Notes under the pieces: model-generated | Told to the model about the DNA's origin: nothing | Seen by the model: the letters and a program-made list of their open reading frames with translations, nothing else | The model's database searches: none | DNA from: Planctomycetota bacterium | GTDB lineage: Bacteria > Planctomycetota > PLA2 > JAEUHO01 | Direction: 5' to 3' | NCBI GenBank assembly: GCA_965222115.1 | Contig: CBDCTJ010000007.1 | Coordinates: 736,001-800,000 of the forward strand | Length of the DNA: 64,000 nucleotides | Shown: positions 57,647-64,000 of the stretch, in pieces | Position numbering within the stretch: the stretch's first letter is position 1 | How the letters are laid out: every line of letters starts with the position of its first letter | Made by a program: the position numbers and the translations under genes

Positions 57647-58893
57647 TACCCCAGCACCTCGTGAACGCGCTTCAATCCGTGCGCTAGCGCGTCGATGTCC
57701 TGTTCATTGTTGTAGAGCCCAAGCGACGCGCGCGCCGTGGCCGTAATGCCCAAGCGATCCATCACCGGTTGAGCACAGTGATGACCCGCGCGAATGGCGA
57801 CGTTCTCGGCATCGAGAATGGTGCCGATGTCATGGGGGTGGGCATAGTCGAGGGTGAACGACAATACGCTGGCCTTGTTCTTCGCGCGTCCTACGAGCGT
57901 GAGCCCTGGAATCGCATCGAGCTTCTCGGTGCCGTAACGCAAGAGTCGCGCTTCGTGCGCGGCGATTGCACCGAGCCCGAGACGATCTACATACTCAAGC
58001 GCGCAACCGAGTCCAATGGCGCCCGCAATGTTGGGCGTCCCCGCTTCGAACTTATTCGGTAACTCGTTGTACGTGGTGCCCCGGAATGACACGGAGCGAA
58101 TCATGTCGCCACCGCCTTGATAGGGCGGCAGGTCATTCAGAAGCGCTTCCTTGCCATATAGCACACCAATGCCGGTAGGCCCATAAACCTTGTGGCCACT
58201 CATGGCATAGAAGTCGGCGTCAAGTGCCTTCACATCAACGGCCATGTGCGGCAGGGCCTGCGCCCCATCAACCAATACAACGGCGCCCACATGATGCGCG
58301 CGCTTTATGAGCATTTCGACGGGGTTGATCGTGCCCAGAGCATTGGATATGTGCACCACGGCAACGATCTTTGTGCGATTTGAGATTATTGTGTCTAAGT
58401 CGTCGAGCACCAGCTCGCCTTCGTCGGACATGGGAATCACGCGCAACGTGGCACCGGTCTGTTCGCACACCATTTGCCAAGGGACGATATTGGAATGGTG
58501 TTCCATGGTGCTTACGAGCACTTCGTCGCCTGCCTTGAGACGCGTACGTCCAAAAGTCTGTGCTACAAGATTGATGGCCTCGGTCGTGCCTCGAGTAAAG
58601 ATGACTTCGCGCGTGCTGGCAGCGCCGAGATGCGCTGCAACCGTCTTGCGCGCCCCCTCGTACATCGCGGTGGCCTCTTGGCTCAACCGATGGACGCCAC
58701 GGTGCACATTGCTGTTGAATTGTTCGTAGTAGTTGGTCAGTGATTCGATCACACACGCGGGCTTGTGCGTGGTGGCTGCGCTATCGAGGTACACGATGGG
58801 TTTACCGTTGGCTTCGCGGCGCAAGTTGGGAAACTCGGCGCGCACGGCGTCGATGTCAAAGGCCGTTACGTTAGAAGGTGCGGAGGACGTCAT
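57646..58893 (-). CDS. sufS: Cysteine desulfurase
   Basis: YLDSAAT, SGHKVYGPTG, FEAGTP and RAGHHCAQP. Confidence 0.96.
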   Translation of the reverse strand: MTSSAPSNVTAFDIDAVRAEFPNLRREANGKPIVYLDSAATTHKPACVIESLTNYYEQFNSNVHRGVHRLSQEATAMYEGARKTVAAHLGAASTREVIFTRGTTEAINLVAQTFGRTRLKAGDEVLVSTMEHHSNIVPWQMVCEQTGATLRVIPMSDEGELVLDDLDTIISNRTKIVAVVHISNALGTINPVEMLIKRAHHVGAVVLVDGAQALPHMAVDVKALDADFYAMSGHKVYGPTGIGVLYGKEALLNDLPPYQGGGDMIRSVSFRGTTYNELPNKFEAGTPNIAGAIGLGCALEYVDRLGLGAIAAHEARLLRYGTEKLDAIPGLTLVGRAKNKASVLSFTLDYAHPHDIGTILDAENVAIRAGHHCAQPVMDRLGITATARASLGLYNNEQDIDALAHGLKRVHEVLG

Positions 58894-60179
58894 GCGCGGT
58901 GCTCCTCCTGATCGGCGGCGGCAACACGTGCAATGTGCGCGCGAATGCGTAAACCCATGGCCTCACGCAATCGTTCGTCTTCAACGCCCGCAAGCGCATC
59001 GCGCCCGAAGGCCTCCATCAGAAGAGAGCGCGCATGGACTTTATCGATCCCACGTGCGCGCAGGTAAAAGAGCGCGTCTTCGTCCAGTCGGCCGATGGTG
59101 GCGCCGTGTGTGCAACGCACATCGTCGGCGTAAATCTCAAGTTGGGGGCGTGTGTTGGCCACGGCGTCGTCGGTCAATAAGAGGTTGTGATTGGCCTGTT
59201 CGGCGGCGGTGCGTTGCGCGTCTTGTTTCACCACCACGCGCCCGGTAAACCCACTCGCGCTGGCGTCGCCTAAGATGCCGCGAAACTGCTGCTCGCTTTG
59301 GCACTTTGGTGCGTCGTGATGAATCACAATATGTGTGTCGGCTCGGCGCGATTCATCCAGCAAGGTGAGTCCGCCCAGCGAGGCGGAAGCGTCTTCGCCG
59401 GTGAGTCGAACGGTGATGGTGTCGCGCGAAACCGGGCCACCACTGCGCAGGCTGGCCGATGCAAACTCGCTGGCCGCGTCTTGGTGCACCGTGCGCGTAT
59501 GGACGAGGTAGCTCGATGCCATATCGATGGCTTCCACCGTGCCTGTGAGTCGCGCGTTCTTTGCGAGGGCAACAGATTCGACGGGGCATGCGAGATGCGC
59601 GGTGTCCGCTTCGCCCAAATGCACCGTGTGCATGGTGAGTGAGCTTCCCTTGCCTACGGAAATCTTGATGCGCGGAGCGCTAACGGTGGCGTGCCCCTTG
59701 TTGGTCGTCACGTAGGCAACATAGAGCGGCGCATCGATCGACGCGCCGTCGGCAACCGCCATAGACAACGTTGTAGGTTGCACGGCGTAGTTGAGCAATA
59801 CAAAGGGATCTGTGGCGCCGTCGGACGCCGTTGTGTTCTCGTGACTCGCGATCGAAAGTGGCTTGGGCCAGCCGTTGCAGTTGGAAAGCGTGTCGTCAAT
59901 GCTGCCGTTGACGAGCACAAGCCGCAACGCGTTGGTGTCGTGCACAAGTTCGTCAAGCGACGCACGGATGGCATTGCGAATCGAGTCGCTCGGCGCGTCG
60001 GGTTGAACAAACCGTTCGCGGCGAAGCGCGCGTAGGTCCGAATAGAGCCAGTCCTCATCGCGCGATACGGGAAGGCCGCATGCCAGGAAACGTGACCAAT
60101 GGGATGACGACGTGTCAGTCGCGAGTGCGGCAAACGGCTTGGCGTCGTTGTGGGTCGTGGGGGTGGGAGCAACCGGCAT
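58890..60179 (-). CDS. sufD: Fe-S cluster assembly protein SufD
   Basis: EDWLYS, PQLEIYADDVRCTHGAT and FYLRARGI. Confidence 0.93.
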   Translation of the reverse strand: MPVAPTPTTHNDAKPFAALATDTSSSHWSRFLACGLPVSRDEDWLYSDLRALRRERFVQPDAPSDSIRNAIRASLDELVHDTNALRLVLVNGSIDDTLSNCNGWPKPLSIASHENTTASDGATDPFVLLNYAVQPTTLSMAVADGASIDAPLYVAYVTTNKGHATVSAPRIKISVGKGSSLTMHTVHLGEADTAHLACPVESVALAKNARLTGTVEAIDMASSYLVHTRTVHQDAASEFASASLRSGGPVSRDTITVRLTGEDASASLGGLTLLDESRRADTHIVIHHDAPKCQSEQQFRGILGDASASGFTGRVVVKQDAQRTAAEQANHNLLLTDDAVANTRPQLEIYADDVRCTHGATIGRLDEDALFYLRARGIDKVHARSLLMEAFGRDALAGVEDERLREAMGLRIRAHIARVAAADQEEHRA

Positions 60180-60233
60180 AGTGCGTTCCGTTGGAGGTTT
60201 CTCTGCTGTTCTTATCTGATGTGCCGTTTGTGT

Positions 60234-61007
60234 TTATGCGCCTGCGGGCGAAGGAGCGTCTTCCAGCCACGAATAGCCCTTGGCTTCTAGCTCAAGCGCC
60301 AAACTGCGATCGCCCGAACGGGCAATGCGTCCGTCGGCGAGCACATGGACCACGTCAGGAACAATGTGATCGAGCAGGCGCTGGTAGTGGGTGATGACCA
60401 GGAAGGCGCGCTTGTCGTTACGCAGCGCATTGACACCTTCGGAAACGATGCGCAACGCGTCAATGTCGAGACCCGAATCGGTTTCATCGAGGATCACGAG
60501 TTCGGGTTCAAGCACGAGCATCTGCAGCACTTCATTGCGCTTCTTCTCGCCACCGCTAAAGCCCTCGTTCACCGCGCGGCGCAGCATGGCGTGGTCCATC
60601 TGGAGCATGTCGGCCTTGCTGCGCGCAATCTTCAGGAAATCGATTGCGTCAAGTTCGGATTCGCCGCGGTGCGTGCGCACGGCGTTGAGTCCTTCACGCA
60701 GCAACTGTGAATTGCTCACGCCCGGAATCTCTACGGGATATTGAAACGCAAGAAACACGCCTTCGCGAGCGCGCTCCTCGGGCTCCATGTCGAGCAAGTC
60801 GTTGCCCTTGTAGGACACGCTGCCCTTCGTGACCTCGACGTCGTCACGTCCGGCCAGCACGCGCGCAAGCGTGCTCTTCCCGGAGCCGTTGGGGCCCATA
60901 ATGGCGTGTACCTTGCCCGGTTGGAGGGTGAGGTCGATGCCACGCAGTATCTGTATATCGCCCGCGGAGGCGTGAAGATCTGAAATCGTGAGTACAGGTG
61001 CATTCAT
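60234..61007 (-). CDS. sufC: Fe-S cluster assembly ATPase SufC
   Basis: GPNGSGKST, FQYPVEIPG, GFSGGEKKRNE and DETDSGLD. Confidence 0.97.
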   Translation of the reverse strand: MNAPVLTISDLHASAGDIQILRGIDLTLQPGKVHAIMGPNGSGKSTLARVLAGRDDVEVTKGSVSYKGNDLLDMEPEERAREGVFLAFQYPVEIPGVSNSQLLREGLNAVRTHRGESELDAIDFLKIARSKADMLQMDHAMLRRAVNEGFSGGEKKRNEVLQMLVLEPELVILDETDSGLDIDALRIVSEGVNALRNDKRAFLVITHYQRLLDHIVPDVVHVLADGRIARSGDRSLALELEAKGYSWLEDAPSPAGA

Positions 61008-61012
61008 GGTGA

Positions 61013-62512
61013 CTATCCAACGCTTCCTTCAAGACTCACGCCCAGAAGTTTTTGCGCCTCAACGGCAAACTCCATGGGCAGCTCACGAAACACTTCTTTG
61101 CAAAATCCATTGACGATCATGTTGACGGCGTCCTCGGTAGAAAGGCCGCGTTGACGAAGATAGAAGATCTGATCTTCGCCAATTTTGCTGGTGGACGCCT
61201 CGTGCTCGAGTTGCGCCGTGCTGTTGCGCACATCGATATAGGGAAACGTGTGGGCGCCGCAACGATCGCCAATCAGCAGCGAGTCGCACTGCGAGTAGTT
61301 GCGTGCGTTTTTCGCGCCTTTGAGCATCGAGACCTGACCGCGATACGTGTTTTGACTCACGCCCGCGCTGATGCCCTTGGAGATAATCGTGCTCTTGGTG
61401 TTCTTGCCGATGTGCAACATCTTGGTGCCGGTATCGGCCTGTTGATGGTTGTTGGTGAGTGCGACGGAATAGAACTCACCCACAGAGTCATCGCCTTGAA
61501 GCAAGCAACTCGGGTACTTCCAGGTGATGGCTGAACCGGTTTCCACTTGTGTCCACGAAATCTTGGAACGCGCGCCACGGCATGCGCCGCGTTTGGTGAC
61601 GAAGTTGAAAATGCCGCCTTTGCCGTCTTTATCTCCGGGGTACCAGTTTTGAACCGTGGAGTACTTAATCGTGGCGTCTTCTAACGCGATGAGTTCCACC
61701 ACGGCTGCGTGTAGCTGATTCTCGTCGCGCTTGGGTGCCGTGCAGCCTTCGAGGTAGCTCACGCGACTGCCTTCGTCGGCAATGATCAACGTGCGCTCAA
61801 ACTGACCGGTCTCCGCTGCGTTGATGCGGAAGTAGGTCGAAAGATCCATCGGACAGTCCACGCCCTTGGGAATGTACACAAACGAACCATCAGAAAACAC
61901 AGCCGCGTTGAGGGCCGCGAAGTAGTTGTCTGACGGCGGCACCACAGAACCGAGGTACTTCTCAATCAGATCCGGTCGTTCATGCACCGCTTCGCTGAAC
62001 GAACAAAAGATGACACCCAGTTCTGCGAGCTTGGCCTTATACGTCGTAGCCACCGACACGCTGTCGAACACGGCGTCAATCGCGACACCCTTTGTGACGC
62101 CCGCGAGTACTTCTTGTTCTTTGAGCGGAATGCCGAGCTTTTCATACGTGGCGAGCAACTCTGGATCGACCTCATCGAGGCTCTTGGGGCCGTCATCATC
62201 GGATTTCGGCGCGGCGTAGTAGCGGATCGCTTGGTAGTCGATGGGCGGGTAGCTCACCTTCGGCCATGTAGGCTCAACCATCGTCTGCCATTGGCGAAAC
62301 GCCTTGAGGCGCCATTCAAGCAGGAACGCGGGTTCCTTCTTTTTCGCCGAGATAAAGCGCACGACGTCTTCATTGAGTCCGGCGTCGATAACCTCGGACT
62401 CAATGTCGGTTACGAAGCCCCACTCGTACTCCTTATTGGCCGCGTCGTGGATGGCCTGGTTCTTACCCGGCGCTTCTTTCCGATCATCTGTCTTGGCTAC
62501 GTTCTCAGTCAT
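61013..62512 (-). CDS. sufB: Fe-S cluster assembly protein SufB
   Basis: [22 protein letters not shown] and HEASTS; probable start 62512 overlaps the Rrf2 stop. Confidence 0.97.
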   Translation of the reverse strand: MTENVAKTDDRKEAPGKNQAIHDAANKEYEWGFVTDIESEVIDAGLNEDVVRFISAKKKEPAFLLEWRLKAFRQWQTMVEPTWPKVSYPPIDYQAIRYYAAPKSDDDGPKSLDEVDPELLATYEKLGIPLKEQEVLAGVTKGVAIDAVFDSVSVATTYKAKLAELGVIFCSFSEAVHERPDLIEKYLGSVVPPSDNYFAALNAAVFSDGSFVYIPKGVDCPMDLSTYFRINAAETGQFERTLIIADEGSRVSYLEGCTAPKRDENQLHAAVVELIALEDATIKYSTVQNWYPGDKDGKGGIFNFVTKRGACRGARSKISWTQVETGSAITWKYPSCLLQGDDSVGEFYSVALTNNHQQADTGTKMLHIGKNTKSTIISKGISAGVSQNTYRGQVSMLKGAKNARNYSQCDSLLIGDRCGAHTFPYIDVRNSTAQLEHEASTSKIGEDQIFYLRQRGLSTEDAVNMIVNGFCKEVFRELPMEFAVEAQKLLGVSLEGSVG

Positions 62513-63098
62513 TTGATTTGCCCTCGACACGGTTGTTGATGATGTGCGCTGTTGACGTTGATGATGTTGAAGACGATGCCGTTAACGACGGTGCCAGACA
62601 GGCGCACGCGGGCTGACATGGCTTGGGTTCTGGCGCGTGGTTGGCGCCCAGCGACTCGCTGACACGCTTGTGCCATCCACGTCGTGGCGTGGCCATGTCG
62701 TCGAGCGTGATGCCCTCAAGCGCACGCTGGATGACTGCGTTGATGCGCTGCCAATTGGCGCGCGTCGAACAAATCGATTCCATGTCGCACAAGTCGGCGT
62801 CGGGATCCAAGCATTCGGTTAATGCAACCGGTCCCTCAACCGCCGAAATGATGTCGAGTACAGAGATCTGTTCGGCATGGCGCGCAAGCGAGTAGCCGCC
62901 ATTGACACCGCGACGAGACGACAGAAGTCCTGCATGCATCATGGCGTGCGTGATCTTGCTCACTGTGGCGGGAGGCAATCCAATCGAGTCGGCAATCTGT
63001 CGCGTGCTAAATGCAGTTGACTCGCCAGACGTCGCCCGGTGCGCCAACCAGGTCATGGTCAGAATCGCGTAGTCGGCCATTTTGGTGACGCGGATCAT
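62505..63098 (-). CDS. Rrf2-family SUF regulator
   Basis: [17 protein letters not shown] and C-x7-C-x5-C ligands; first gene of the suf operon. Confidence 0.92.
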   Translation of the reverse strand: MIRVTKMADYAILTMTWLAHRATSGESTAFSTRQIADSIGLPPATVSKITHAMMHAGLLSSRRGVNGGYSLARHAEQISVLDIISAVEGPVALTECLDPDADLCDMESICSTRANWQRINAVIQRALEGITLDDMATPRRGWHKRVSESLGANHAPEPKPCQPACACLAPSLTASSSTSSTSTAHIINNRVEGKSND

Positions 63099-63319
63099 GG
63101 GGAAGGGGGGTCTCGAGAAAATGTTTACCGAAATGGTATTGATTACAGCCTACGAGATGATCGAGGGAGGCAAGGCCGCGTCAACTCGTCCCAGATGCGA
63201 ATTCAATGGGCCATCCTAACCATCTGATGATGTTGAGAAGCAATTGCATAGACTTCATTTTGTATGTAATTTATTCGTATAAATTAGCAAATATTGACAA
63301 AAATGTGTACACTCGACGG

Positions 63320-63802
63320 ATGCCATCTCCTTCAACACGGACCATGAACATTTCGCTCCCGCCCTCGTTACACGACGCCGTTCGGGAGCGCGTGGGATCC
63401 GGAGCCTATGTTTCTGCTAGCGAAGTTGTTCGCGAGGCGCTGCGACTTCTTCAAGCCGTATTGGATTTGCAATTTGGCAGGCGTACGTTTGATGAATGCC
63501 CCGAGTTCTCAAGGGCTGAGTGGAAGGAGCTACGCGCGGCCCTTTTGCGAGGAGAGGCGATGCTTCAGCACGAGCGTGTTCGAGCATTGGATGGACTCTT
63601 TCTATCGGGTCTTCGATTGATGCGTGAGCGATTCAAGCGCGAGATGTGCGGAGCGACTGAGGCTGAGATCGACGCGGCTGTTTCTCAGTGGCTTCGAGAT
63701 CGTGCCGGAGATGACCGCGAGGGTTCGCATGAAGCGTCCGGGCACACGTGGTTCCGTCCGGTTTCTAAGAAGCGATTCGAGCGGATCGTGCGCGGTGCGT
63801 GA
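63320..63802 (+). CDS. Antitoxin: ParD-like RHH domain fused to a MenA1-like C-terminal domain
   Basis: TMNISLP..VRERV.SG.Y.SASEVVREALRLL (ParD type), followed by RVRALDGLF.SG..LMRER..RE...ATEAEIDAAVSQW..R. TACACT -10 box lies 6 nt before ATG 63320. Confidence 0.75.
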   Translation: MPSPSTRTMNISLPPSLHDAVRERVGSGAYVSASEVVREALRLLQAVLDLQFGRRTFDECPEFSRAEWKELRAALLRGEAMLQHERVRALDGLFLSGLRLMRERFKREMCGATEAEIDAAVSQWLRDRAGDDREGSHEASGHTWFRPVSKKRFERIVRGA

Positions 63803-64000
63803 TGCCCACACGCACACACTCGCGCACCTAAAGTCCCACTTTGAAGCACTTCGCATCAGATTCGCGGTGGTTGGCGGCTTTGCCGTAGGTGTGCGTGTTC
63901 GGCCACGAATGACGAAAGACGTGGACCTTGCCGTGGCGGTGTCTGGAGACGAGGAGGCTGAGGCGTTAGTTTACCGCCTCTCGTCTTCCGGCAATTTTCG
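63795..64000 (+). CDS. MenT1-like nucleotidyltransferase toxin, truncated by the window end (not in ORF track)
   Basis: Manual translation from GTG 63795: ...LRIRFAVVGGFAVGVRVRPRMTKDVDLAVAVSGDEEAEALVYRL, with the NTase GG..R.T.DxD signature; overlaps the antitoxin stop. Confidence 0.8.
   Translation, partial: MRDAHTHTLAHLKSHFEALRIRFAVVGGFAVGVRVRPRMTKDVDLAVAVSGDEEAEALVYRLSSSGNF

Noticed and set aside
63206-63319. 38-aa N-terminal extension of the antitoxin
   Set aside because: It runs through AT-rich promoter DNA; ATG 63320 follows a -10 box and starts the ParD-like homology.
1-64000. Long antisense/shadow ORFs (e.g. 3632-4822, 6384-7916, 12215-13366, 34513-35367) and RNA genes/CRISPR
   Set aside because: The shadow ORFs mirror well-supported genes in high-GC DNA and show no motifs. 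No tRNA, rRNA or repeat-spacer array was recognisable by eye; an Infernal/tRNAscan run would be needed to exclude small RNAs.

Overview
High-GC bacterial chromosomal window. ECF-kinase pairing, HEAT-repeat proteins and DUF1579 suggest a Planctomycetota-like organism, which is inference only. Contents from start to end: (1) An ~19 kb co-directional respiratory cluster: a 5'-truncated NarK1/NRT2-type transporter fused to a DoxX domain, then narC-like dihaem cytochrome c, narGHJI, narK2, a complete alternative complex III (actABCDEF) with no terminal oxidase, and a hemerythrin. (2) A Ser/Thr kinase-AAA-TPR gene convergent with an ECF sigma factor, plus a lipoprotein. (3) A minus-strand block: oppABC with unusual insertions, yqeY, a DUF442-type lipoprotein, a GxD-repeat/HEAT protein and a czcCBA-type heavy-metal RND system flanked by His-rich proteins. 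(4) A TolC/MFP/ABC exporter with a Cys-rich lipoprotein, then DUF1579 and DUF2891. (5) A 3.9 kb IS1595-family element (24-bp IRs, 8-bp TSD TTCATGAA) carrying a Panacea antitoxin/PemK-like toxin pair and other cargo. It sits exactly in the centre of a 32-bp palindrome whose two ends supply the TAG stops of both flanking convergent genes. (6) A class II photolyase and an Rrf2-sufBCDSUT operon. (7) A ParD-like/MenA1-like fused antitoxin followed by a MenT1-like nucleotidyltransferase toxin cut off by the window end. No rRNA, tRNA or CRISPR array was seen. All family calls come from motif recognition by eye; no searches were run.
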